A stretch of 64,000 bases of DNA, from the IMG/VR virus record IMGVR_UViG_3300009431_000004. One strand, given 5' to 3'. The notes below the pieces were generated by a model that saw only the letters and a list, made by a program, of their open reading frames with translations, was not told the DNA's origin and ran no database searches. This document shows, piece by piece, positions 49,501-55,851 of the stretch; the stretch's first letter is position 1, and every line of letters begins with the position of its first letter. Source of the DNA: a virus. A program made the position numbers and the translations under genes.

Positions 49501-51974
49501 AGGATTCCGTCTTCGATACGGTCACGGTCCCGAATGTCCGGGGTGGCATCGGCCCGGTCCAAGTTGATGGGGCTGCGGGCCATCCCCAGAGCTGCCCCCG
49601 AGTCCGGGAGCCAGTTCTCGACCCCGCCGTCCGCCCTCCAACCGGGCAGGAATCCCAGCACGGCGGCCCCGGACAAGTCCTTCACCGGGACGCCCCCGGA
49701 ACCCAGCGCACCCCAGCCAACTTCGATTGACCCCGTGTCCGGGTCGGCTGCTTCGAGGACCACGCGACCATTCTGGGCGTAGGCCGCCCCGGCGGGAAGT
49801 GGGGGAACCGAGTTGGCCATGAGGTCCGCCGCGACCTCCTCGGGCGTGTAGAAGCTCTGGGCTGTCGGAGCTGTCCATTCGTAGGGCGTCCCGTCGATGG
49901 CGAAGTAGAGGGTCTGGGCCTCCTCGAACCGGAAGATGTCACGGTTGCGGGAGATGAGCCGGGCCTGCGTCGTGTAGGTCGCCGGGGTCACGGTCGCCTG
50001 AAGGAAGTAGACCGGCTCGCCCGGCGTGCCTCCCTGCCAGTCGTCCAAGTCGTCCCTGCTCAACATGACGCGGGAACCGTGCGCCCCCATCTCGCGGGCC
50101 ACGTAGGCTTCGCCCTTCTGGACCTTGTAAGGCTGGGAGGGCAGGTCGTCTTCGCGGTCCACCACAAGGACTGCTGCGACCGCACCCTTCTTCGAGAAGA
50201 TGATGGTGTCGCCTACTCCATCCGTGACCTGCCGCAGGCGGCCCGTGTTCTGGCCCGTGGAATCATCTCCACCGGGTCGCACGCTCGCGTCGAGCAGCGG
50301 GTACTTGGGGACAGCTCCCGTGGCGTCCGGCGCATCCAACATCCCGGACTTGCCAAGTCCGCGATATGGGTCCGAACCCACGAAGTTCTCGGGCAACACC
50401 TCCTCACAGGGCAGGTAGTATTCCGTGGCAGTGCCGACGATGGCGACACCGCCAGACTCGTTCAGGAGCTTGGTTGGCTCCTTGGTCGGCTGCGAGATGG
50501 CATTGAGGGCCACCCCGTCGTACACCACGTCCTCGCCCAAGAAGTGCTTGTCGAAGTGAACCGAGTCCGGGTCGGACTTGGCCACGTCTTCCGGGCTGAG
50601 GCGCAGGCGGCCCGTGGACAGGGACAGAACGACCTGACCCACTGCGGGACTGGCCGCCGCTTCGAGCAGAGCGTCTGTCGCCACGAGGATGGGCTGAAGG
50701 TATCGCCGGTTGCCGAGCTTCAGAAGGGGCCGGTCCGTCGGGCCGGGGATGGGCGCGAGGAACAGCGGTTGGAAGTCCGCGTCCCGCAGTGGGCCAACAA
50801 TCCCGTCCGCCGTCTCGAAGAAGTGCTTGTAGCTGTACCAGATGGTCTTGCCAGCGTGCTGTGCCGCGTAGGCGGGGTTGAACTCCAACTTGCCGTTGGA
50901 GCGGCCCATGACCGCCTTGGCCGTGGGGTCGTTGGAAAAGTCGTAACCGTCCTCGACCTCGCTATCCGGGCGAATCCGAATCATGTCCACCGGGGTACTC
51001 GCCGCTCCGGGGTTCTCCCCGAGGCGAATCATGGCGTAGGCATCCGGTGTGGCCGAATCGCCCGGCAGGTAGGAGTTGACCGGCAGATTCGTGACCTTGG
51101 GGTCGAGCTGGTACATCTCGTCGAGGAGCAGCTTGCCCACATTGACGGAGCCGGTCCCCTTGTATGGCTCCCACTTCTGGGTCGTGCCGTTCCACCCGAA
51201 CCGAGTCTCGTAACGGTCGTTGCGCGTCCACCAGAACTTGGCCGGGGCCAGCGCGTACCGGACCTCCCGGATGCGGTCGCCCCGGTCGTTTGAGAGGCCG
51301 CCTTCAAGCACATCGAGAATCTGCCCGGTGTCGTAGGGCGGTTCCGGGATGAGGTCTTCGCGGGTCAGGCGCACGAGGCCCGCGTCTGCGTCTTGGTCCA
51401 GCGCCGTGAGCAGCACCGTGATGTAGGGCTTCGTCCCTTCCCGGATGGGGGTGGCCGACAGGTCGTCCTCGTCCGTCCAGCCCTCGTCGTCGTAGTCGTC
51501 CACGTCGCCACGGGAGATGACGAGGGCGATGATGTTCCCGATGGACCTGTCCCCGTTGTCCTGCACCACGACCCGGCTGGTCCCGTCCTCGAAGAAGCCG
51601 TAGTTCACGGGGGTCGGGTCGCCCGGAGGAATCACCGCAGGAGTGTCGTCGGTGACTTGAAGCTCACCGATGGGGATGGTCCCGAAGCCCTCCTCGGTCC
51701 ACCAGTCCGGGTCGAGCGCGACCGCGAGCTGGGCCGTGTTGGCCGCCCAGAGGAGGTACTCGACAGGCGTGGTGCCGGGAGCTTCGAGAACAGCGGTGCG
51801 GTACTGGTCGGCCCGAGCGTCCACGAACTCCGGGGACTGGGGTTCCAAGGCGTAGATTGGCGGGACTTCCCGAGCGTCCCGGAGGACTCCCGTCACCGGC
51901 TCGCCGGTTGATGCCGAGTTCGAGGGCGCGATTCGAGGCGGCCTCAGAACCCATCCGTCAAAGGAGAAACCCAT
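40503..51974 (-). CDS. Giant virion/baseplate structural protein (3823 aa)
   Basis: 11.5-kb uninterrupted high-GC3 ORF; acidic, Pro/Gly-rich, with repeated beta modules. Confidence 0.8.
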   Translation of the reverse strand: MGFSFDGWVLRPPRIAPSNSASTGEPVTGVLRDAREVPPIYALEPQSPEFVDARADQYRTAVLEAPGTTPVEYLLWAANTAQLAVALDPDWWTEEGFGTIPIGELQVTDDTPAVIPPGDPTPVNYGFFEDGTSRVVVQDNGDRSIGNIIALVISRGDVDDYDDEGWTDEDDLSATPIREGTKPYITVLLTALDQDADAGLVRLTREDLIPEPPYDTGQILDVLEGGLSNDRGDRIREVRYALAPAKFWWTRNDRYETRFGWNGTTQKWEPYKGTGSVNVGKLLLDEMYQLDPKVTNLPVNSYLPGDSATPDAYAMIRLGENPGAASTPVDMIRIRPDSEVEDGYDFSNDPTAKAVMGRSNGKLEFNPAYAAQHAGKTIWYSYKHFFETADGIVGPLRDADFQPLFLAPIPGPTDRPLLKLGNRRYLQPILVATDALLEAAASPAVGQVVLSLSTGRLRLSPEDVAKSDPDSVHFDKHFLGEDVVYDGVALNAISQPTKEPTKLLNESGGVAIVGTATEYYLPCEEVLPENFVGSDPYRGLGKSGMLDAPDATGAVPKYPLLDASVRPGGDDSTGQNTGRLRQVTDGVGDTIIFSKKGAVAAVLVVDREDDLPSQPYKVQKGEAYVAREMGAHGSRVMLSRDDLDDWQGGTPGEPVYFLQATVTPATYTTQARLISRNRDIFRFEEAQTLYFAIDGTPYEWTAPTAQSFYTPEEVAADLMANSVPPLPAGAAYAQNGRVVLEAADPDTGSIEVGWGALGSGGVPVKDLSGAAVLGFLPGWRADGGVENWLPDSGAALGMARSPINLDRADATPDIRDRDRIEDGILTKDVPPTPFYFLNYPPLQDIAGFDEGVFFNLQTIITDGDDVQVVNKPLQHYRDIIHRFGQRKFDWVERDTIEGTVDTMTTTLNLGETAVSPESMLGAPGIGGGLYISPDGGPRVLQSQDNDYVLPQNGTPGTVILVERFGSRVASGAQGSFQEGGTAFTDPFADYTNPANPVQVGYRLKVGSSDAEGSYTVQAITSPTELDVLPPFPAASPNPVVWEVFQGFTRDVYDPTVIADITYKDFNHLQTEPFKVLMLSPVGAVPATTPAPPLQANMEAALSSGRLINIRYGLMLATAANTATLVELTQTELGPIANNVLDVPAVTSTRFTTESFSIRVGTVLYSHGSGLNPVASFSPDPGDAIEYLTAVSGPDPVGRLKFGSNVLTSYAAAPVWYVEEFLPAADMAALEVEYRPQTGDLNFSAADMAAFEGTTAYFVEQMITEQRRDVSLSPLLGAFAFTTPIPQDSSIEVEYWRADLEGRKVGEMITEFLPVFVRAEAAVRTARNTYTFGSEDTTIDQRIEPTVYIGPMMQNFGTTDYLVDYPRELNGKGRLTFVRTVEAHIPVTVSYAVFEAQGGEQAYESSQKPVYRPPFFIKAGVSEFGVWGDRTAEFELGQMFRIGEECFYVTKLTYYPPRTDSEGRDKGDVTGIGIFPTTTNEVGTRAPGNDVITVVTSEAVATEVTPHGGSPTPTNAPLGFMSEVDTSVFPFEPVSRGQKHITFTGDLTEFAQPGHVFELDGSPFTISEVTLNDDGTRTKISVTSGFRSGFSMDTPPLVKLSYRPIYPPESRDFLGVGPILLDEPYELVLDGETDSAGNPLPGRTLAEGVEYSLDPGTGNFQLLEPVQAALQPGQFLHLYFTRIRPLQPFLKDGVVATPRYAANFLYGAIPTEANGLLGALLTATYTFYNPDSFYFRCVRLPAFLGEAAREAVEEITSKQPASGAPTTAGGGDENWELGRNGLLGERSNLEDKDRAARTFLDFYNQSIEAFEQVNETISGGFIGDRDGKFRFFVGHDKDWPTPGYEDAISGLVQPRHVWSEVYNEARPDIDLTYLESDWIVAPSTVAISGGVIDGFLPDPSQLRDMTARQGQLVQNDVDDRVFIQLGKRHIARTTSFPFFDYKAKGIYARMTDQHRFSRLYPTLTRAFLMTYPGVGAEPEANDFGVYTYGRSIDGSRQSTHGETIGQLYNPVLEDITTVVTADLGLRFARGRVWAYQPDGIPAAVFTGGTEPVMAIPDPAIIAFPALLRDVPLDPDTNYPDDAQLLSQGGSIPDAGSGDYELAVPGFWQGQQLRWGRPDGTTYELYDRDNPIDVDGEPSFTGIFVREVLYGCVILLQDADDNPIADSGRVLIGLTPDSGIPLHEFPAEQGDTVFVGPPIGSMTGVGPNEFQDPPEFVDFERMANALDSYRTGFDLDIKSDGRLVDKTYPSFHDPFWFGFKELFGQKPPDPMTAIEGPVEFLYMGQNPLRVPALDGGITDDSGDYQIPYMRAGDTELDRFDEIGASFPRVMVAVDGLGNAVYPDEILGNDGEVMTAPALLPATLQTVQDPSRTGVGEGTVRPYDVILMQPPGPFATEGPMGIHTVGAVYDPQPPSPLPPGPPYGFEPPRFVAHTAPAPGGGVSDTGDPVRYTFDDAMVWLDPSQTYPDFPAPGLPGVEVIEDTALGVTILDFSSIGQFELNNGLLPAVGNLNDVWGLVGPKATNVIAIKFILRKDFAVQFWPLGASGPPFPNMSGGVIGITMFIIGPNVWTVDWDGNPLAIPAVVPGITFGDSHPAYPSPTNQQIIVQGTGWFPWFNLGGPPPPPPGQENEWFLPYVTPAPGVYRTLYGQEFSFDINTAGGESTTGWIAEDRLTFHEVYDLRMAKERGYVHPIVPLPPFVQLELESKLVVTEVLAPNPNPAPDPHYWTEVNSYTNGLDPAPPNDPIPYTFLLRHGQTEVGSWEPATAAPEAELATIKVMGFEGHGNTPITGDNVTFSAMPSNDNAEGTTNICGGVGLAAGFHNTDLTPNERRTSDNRLVIETPPALGGLALIQKGDLCVVNSSVDAAHPASTKLGTYLIRHVVEPNAGAPVRREVSPTTVAGAGNGWCPLEFPRVVDFDPATHELTITFLPQTKYTGAPLVNGKYSAFPAVGAGRVYLIRDLSALASGVVADFRYGLISAAYTSFVSPGEEAVFTLDPATYRDALNTLIATDAEFDALIGNRALQVSGMTYLPVAMGGSEYGLPDDNCVGVEDPLAERGFRHVTLCPPIQTGGADLLFTGPAGISTGAGTPLRLRENNPVGSNNFEADLTTPIYHNVVDTLDIMNVPHPQWETLNTAAPPGPTLVDCLLPGTQLAVADLAGPVVPGYWAQGGIFFEPSFPRSVANLSVLDALVVDRTHPIADPLAAVPDWEKESWFRNELEYAGTQYPGGAATTLDAREEVQYTVRSVRRWHEIMEEAGDHFRALRFAYEMRRGRINDYSTNVRQRGVVTASFVMNWNVSNPAAPLAPDVWNDGFSYDGTNLGPFDDPDVNINAGDRFRLLDDDGTLIEEVEITGVEDSVTLKLAMPGITRRTPAELTALGGMRFEIYLRQPPVPHEQSNEQLLELISDREVYRSDADWDTEEGGYVEEIPPGGDYETVVNKMYDDQLTSGSQTFGTVGVRVGDIVVIDPAGTLPQHGGLPAVPDRGARPLGDLGVTSRWPAPPHDWAGKPSELDDNRGFYRVLKVIGGATPHLEVDPISTYAGGINDTNWVTFASGTTPNREYAIYPTISDSGLTGAIAPFEGQMDLRPTAKRDPVTQTYKGNDYSIRPFSYKVIRPSGLFSDEAIDLVLTMRERMLSLVEMLRALLRGWKYGSYYEFQDKEHISDLGIVTDPESGMGVLSNAFIEEIIGELGTVPFMNNRSCLSLLDRRFWIFDLRLDRLTHADPPYQNVAMKLSAPGGTPYTAYTDDIGGGSDVRPVLPERIDLVLDESDRFRPIRYVWLAYRVHKILGTLAGIKRFDEELPERLAERERLLLLEEATESIVE

Positions 51975-51977
51975 CCG

Positions 51978-52586
51978 TTACACCACCACGCAAACCGTCG
52001 GCCCGGACATCGGAACCGGCGGAACTGTCGGCACTCCTACAACTGCACCTGCCCCAGTACCCTGTAACAATAGGCTGGCTATTCCAATGCCCAGCCCGGT
52101 TGCCATCATGCTGAGGGCTGGCCCCGGCCCCAGAGTCGCGGTCAAGGTCTGCATTAACATACCGACGAGGGAGGCCGAATTGGCCACCGTAATCTTCGAG
52201 ACATCCGCCCCCACCCCGACGCCCGCCGCCGGTCCCACGTACTGGGCCGATGCGTTGAAGGCGGTCGAGATGCCGGTTGAGATGGCGAGGGCGAGGCTCT
52301 GCGCCAGAGGACCCACCATCCCGGCCCCGGCCAGCCCGGCCTGCACCAGTCCCGGATTGGGTGGCACGATGACCTTCGAGGCCACGGGGTTCACAGCTCC
52401 TCCGCCGGACACTCCGGTTGCCAACCCGGTCAAGCCGAGGTTCTGCGGCTGCATGATTCCCCACTGGGAGACTCCGTTTGCAACCCCGAGCGCCATCCGG
52501 TCGTAGTTCACCCCGCCGAAGGAGTGGATGCCCGAAGTCCGCGCCAAGGAGAGCGAGGAGTAGAGGATGCCGGGGTTCAGTGCCAT
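51978..52586 (-). CDS. Gly/Ala-rich protein with three internal repeats (202 aa); candidate spike-tip protein
   Basis: ATG 52586 after GAGGAG; repeats MALGVANGV / LALAISTGI / MATGLGIGI; first structural gene after the spike. Confidence 0.65.
   Translation of the reverse strand: MALNPGILYSSLSLARTSGIHSFGGVNYDRMALGVANGVSQWGIMQPQNLGLTGLATGVSGGGAVNPVASKVIVPPNPGLVQAGLAGAGMVGPLAQSLALAISTGISTAFNASAQYVGPAAGVGVGADVSKITVANSASLVGMLMQTLTATLGPGPALSMMATGLGIGIASLLLQGTGAGAVVGVPTVPPVPMSGPTVCVVV
52054..52084 (-). promoter_or_regulatory. Putative late promoter motif embedded in coding sequence, site G
   Basis: GAATA-GCCAGC-CTAT-TGTTACAGGGTAC-TGG, 80 nt upstream of the 3823-aa gene; coincides with rare codons ATA, CTA, TTG, TTA. 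Confidence 0.5.
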
Positions 52587-52593
52587 ATTCTCC

Positions 52594-53379
52594 TCAAGGC
52601 CCAACGATGTGGGACTCGACGACAAGTCGGCACAACCGGAAGAACTCTTGCTGGTCCATGTCCCATTTCATTTGCTGCACCCGCTTGTCCACCCACTGGA
52701 TGTTCCCTTCGACGTACCCCTTTCTGCTGTCGATTCGGTCTAAAGAAGCGGTCCCCTTCCGCGCCCCGACGGGCGGGAAGTGAATGGGAAGTCCGGTTAA
52801 GGCACACTTTCCGCCCTGCTTCTTGAACAAGTCCCACACCTCTCGTAAGGACACACCGACCTCCAACCCACGAGCTTGGGCGTTGTTCAGGATGTTGGAC
52901 CAGAAGGTCTTAGGTATCTTGCCCACACCCTGCCAATTATGCGCCCTCTGCCCCCTCCGGCGACGCCCCATGGCCGAGGCGGATTCTTTGGCGAGGCAGC
53001 CACAACTTCGAGTCGTCCCATTAGAGAGGTTGGATAAAGACACCACTTTCCGTTTCCCGCAATCACAACGACAGTCCCACCGAGTCCCCCCTGACTGCGT
53101 GCTTCTCTGATTACGACCCTCTACCACGAGCCGCCCGAATCTCTTTCCCACCATCTCTGCTTCAGGAAACGCTCTCCAAGAAGCCCCCCTCAGACACCCA
53201 CAGCTTTGCGTGTGGCCGGACCGGACCTTGGTGAGAACTTTGATGACCGAAGCCCCACAGGAGCATTGAAACGTCGCCTGTGTCCGGCCATTCTTGTGGG
53301 GCGGGGCGGCCCCCCGCAGAGTAAGCTCGCCAAACTGCTGCCCAATCAGCTCCTCAACGCTAATTTTCGGCGCACCCAT
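52594..53379 (-). CDS. HNH-type homing-endonuclease-like protein (261 aa)
   Basis: Two GxxFGxLxx...CxCG...SCGC domains, then KCALTG...SLDRIDSRKGYVEGNIQWV; AT-richer than neighbours. Confidence 0.8.
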   Translation of the reverse strand: MGAPKISVEELIGQQFGELTLRGAAPPHKNGRTQATFQCSCGASVIKVLTKVRSGHTQSCGCLRGASWRAFPEAEMVGKRFGRLVVEGRNQRSTQSGGTRWDCRCDCGKRKVVSLSNLSNGTTRSCGCLAKESASAMGRRRRGQRAHNWQGVGKIPKTFWSNILNNAQARGLEVGVSLREVWDLFKKQGGKCALTGLPIHFPPVGARKGTASLDRIDSRKGYVEGNIQWVDKRVQQMKWDMDQQEFFRLCRLVVESHIVGP

Positions 53380-53403
53380 TGTGACCCTTTCACTGTGTTG
53401 TCT

Positions 53404-53434
53404 TGTTAGAGGGCGTCCCATAAACTAACTACCG
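53404..53434 (-). promoter_or_regulatory. Putative late promoter motif, site F (variant)
   Basis: CGGTA-GTTAGT-TTAT-GGGACGCCCTCTA-ACA; the downstream triplet deviates. Confidence 0.5.
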
Positions 53435-55851
53435 ACGATATGGGACTTGGCTCCCATGCCAAAAGTAGAGAAAGGCAAATTCGTGAAGGGGTCGAGCGAC
53501 CCGGCACAGATGATTGGCCCTTGGTCCGGCCCAGAGATGGGGCCACCGAGATAGACCCCGGAACCTCCCTTGAGCGTGGCTGTCCCTGCGGCAGAGGAAA
53601 CCGTGGCCGCCGCCTGACCTTCCATCGTGGCCGTCCCGGCGGATGCCTTCAACGAGACGTTCCCCGCCTTGGCCGCCCCGGTGATGCCCGATGAACTCAG
53701 CTCCATGCTGCTTGTGACTGCCTTGGCCTTCCACACACCGAGCTTCAGGTCGAAGGTCATGTTGCCGACGAGAATCTCCGTCTTGTGGTTTCCGAGGGTG
53801 AACTTTTCTCGCCGGTCCCCCGAGGTATAGGTGACTTTTTCTGCAACCATTCCGGGGAACGCGGGCGAGTAATTCCGCTCATGGAGCGGCCCCGAGGTCG
53901 GGAGAAGCCCTTTCGGCCCGGCGTAACTTTCTTGGGCCTTCCCGTTGACAGTCTTGTGAAAAGCGTCCGTCGTGAGGGACATCGACTTGGTGGCATTCAG
54001 GTCCATATTCTGGTGGGCCGTGACCTGCACCGAGGTCGCGTTGCCGTCGATGATGTTGCCCTTCAGGAACACGGTCTTCTCGGCCTTCACCCGGACATTG
54101 GTGCGCCCTTGGATGTCCACCGACGGCAGGTTGCCGGAGCCTTGGCCCGAACCCGAGACGGACTCCACCTTGTCCGAGGCGTCCTTCGGCCCTCCGCCCC
54201 CGAAAATCTTGACCTGCCCGGCCTCGGACGAGAGGTCGAGACTGTTTTGGCTCCGGGTGCCGAGACTCACATGGCCGTTGAGCAGCAGTTCGAGTTTCCC
54301 GCCCATGCCGAGCTTCAGGCCGCCGTGGAGGTATGCCTCGATGGACGACTCTCCCGGAGGACCCCCGATGGATGCCTTGAGCTGCCCCTTCTTGTTGAGG
54401 GACCAGAACGTCTCCGGGCCGCCGGGTCCGATGGGCGGTGTCAGCTTCATCAGCGTGGCAGCCTGTTCTTCCAGCGGGGTCGGCTGAACCCCGGACCCCG
54501 GAAGAGGGATGTTGGCCGCTTCGAGCCGTGGGGAAGGAGTCGTTCCATCGAAGATAATGGCTTGGAGGGGCAGGCCGTACATGGTCCGGCCCTGCTGGGA
54601 GAACGGGTCGTTCCCGACCACCGACCCCATCACGCACTCGATGAAAGGCATGTTCGGCGGCAGCCCCTCGGGAGCTGAGGACGGGTCAGTCGAGGGAAGC
54701 CGCTCCGCGTCGAACCCGTCCGTCTGCTCGGTGACAGGGAGGCGGCCATCCGAGGTGTGTGTCACGTCGATGCGGTACTCGGTCAGGGTCGGTTTGTCCG
54801 GGTCGAGGTGCGCGTTATCCCGAGACTGGGAGGACACACGGTAGATAATTTTCCCACCGTAGATAGCGTCCGGCTCTTGTGTGCCGGGGGCCACGAAGCC
54901 CGTCTCGTCGATGAATCCGCCGAGACGCATGAACTCGTAGGGGTCGAGGTACGGGTTGTCCCCGAGGAAGCTGCGCCCGAGATAGCCGCCTTCCGCATCC
55001 TTGAGGCCCTTCCGCAGGATACGGGCAGGAGTCAGGAAACCTTCAGGAGACTGCTGGTCTGTCGGCAGGCCAAGGTCACTGACCGGCTCCTTCGCGGATG
55101 CTTGGCGGCTGCCATCCCAAAGATTGTCATCCCCCACCATGGAAGGGTGAAGGGCCAGTGCGTCCCGTTGCACCATCCCGGCGTAGACTCGCGCCCCAGC
55201 AAGAGCTTGGAAACTCTGCAAGGCCCGAAGAATGGCCGCTTGGTCTTGGTCCCGCAGGCGGAACTCATTACCACGCCTGTTGGCGAGCCGGACGCTTTCG
55301 TCCAGAATGAAATCCGCCCCCTGAGACGAGCTGGCCACCACGTTACCGGGCTGGGCGTGCCGGAGTTTGTGTCGGACGCGGTTGTAGGCACCTTCCGCGA
55401 ACTGCCGGTCCACAGGGGACTCTTGGTCGAACTCGTCCACTCCGAATTCGCCAGTCGTCAGCCACTCACGACCGGGCCAGACTCCGGGGATAATCCACGT
55501 CAGAATCACGGGGGAGCGGGTGCCTTGGGAGTTGCTGCTCTCCTGTGGCAGCCAGCCGATGATGCAAGTGTCCCCCACCTCGGGCATTGCGCCGAAGAAG
55601 TGCCTCGCCCCTGCTCCGGGGAAGGTCAACGGGATGGGCACACGCTCGAAGGTGTCGGACGCCCCTGTGAGCGTCTGTAGAGTGACGTAGAACTCCTCGT
55701 AGTCGATGGTGACGACCTTGGCGACCCCCAGACCCCAACCCGTCTCCGGGCGCATCTTCTTGAGGTCGGTCTTCGCCTTGGTCGTGGTGGAACGCATCGC
55801 CCCGCGAGAAACGGTATCCAGCACTCCTACAGGTCTGCGGGTTTCCGGCAT
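53425..55851 (-). CDS. Central spike protein, gp5/gpV/VgrG-like (808 aa)
   Basis: OB-fold signature GARHFFGAMPEVGDTCIIGW; C-terminal short beta-strand repeats; follows the hub gene. Confidence 0.8.
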   Translation of the reverse strand: MPETRRPVGVLDTVSRGAMRSTTTKAKTDLKKMRPETGWGLGVAKVVTIDYEEFYVTLQTLTGASDTFERVPIPLTFPGAGARHFFGAMPEVGDTCIIGWLPQESSNSQGTRSPVILTWIIPGVWPGREWLTTGEFGVDEFDQESPVDRQFAEGAYNRVRHKLRHAQPGNVVASSSQGADFILDESVRLANRRGNEFRLRDQDQAAILRALQSFQALAGARVYAGMVQRDALALHPSMVGDDNLWDGSRQASAKEPVSDLGLPTDQQSPEGFLTPARILRKGLKDAEGGYLGRSFLGDNPYLDPYEFMRLGGFIDETGFVAPGTQEPDAIYGGKIIYRVSSQSRDNAHLDPDKPTLTEYRIDVTHTSDGRLPVTEQTDGFDAERLPSTDPSSAPEGLPPNMPFIECVMGSVVGNDPFSQQGRTMYGLPLQAIIFDGTTPSPRLEAANIPLPGSGVQPTPLEEQAATLMKLTPPIGPGGPETFWSLNKKGQLKASIGGPPGESSIEAYLHGGLKLGMGGKLELLLNGHVSLGTRSQNSLDLSSEAGQVKIFGGGGPKDASDKVESVSGSGQGSGNLPSVDIQGRTNVRVKAEKTVFLKGNIIDGNATSVQVTAHQNMDLNATKSMSLTTDAFHKTVNGKAQESYAGPKGLLPTSGPLHERNYSPAFPGMVAEKVTYTSGDRREKFTLGNHKTEILVGNMTFDLKLGVWKAKAVTSSMELSSSGITGAAKAGNVSLKASAGTATMEGQAAATVSSAAGTATLKGGSGVYLGGPISGPDQGPIICAGSLDPFTNLPFSTFGMGAKSHIVGS

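Noticed and set aside
3838-53421. ORF-track upstream starts at 4698, 20307, 20975, 40729, 52625 and 53421
   Set aside because: They overlap upstream genes or regulatory motifs; downstream starts (4578, 20289, 20963, 40510, 52586, 53379) have an RBS or stop-start coupling.
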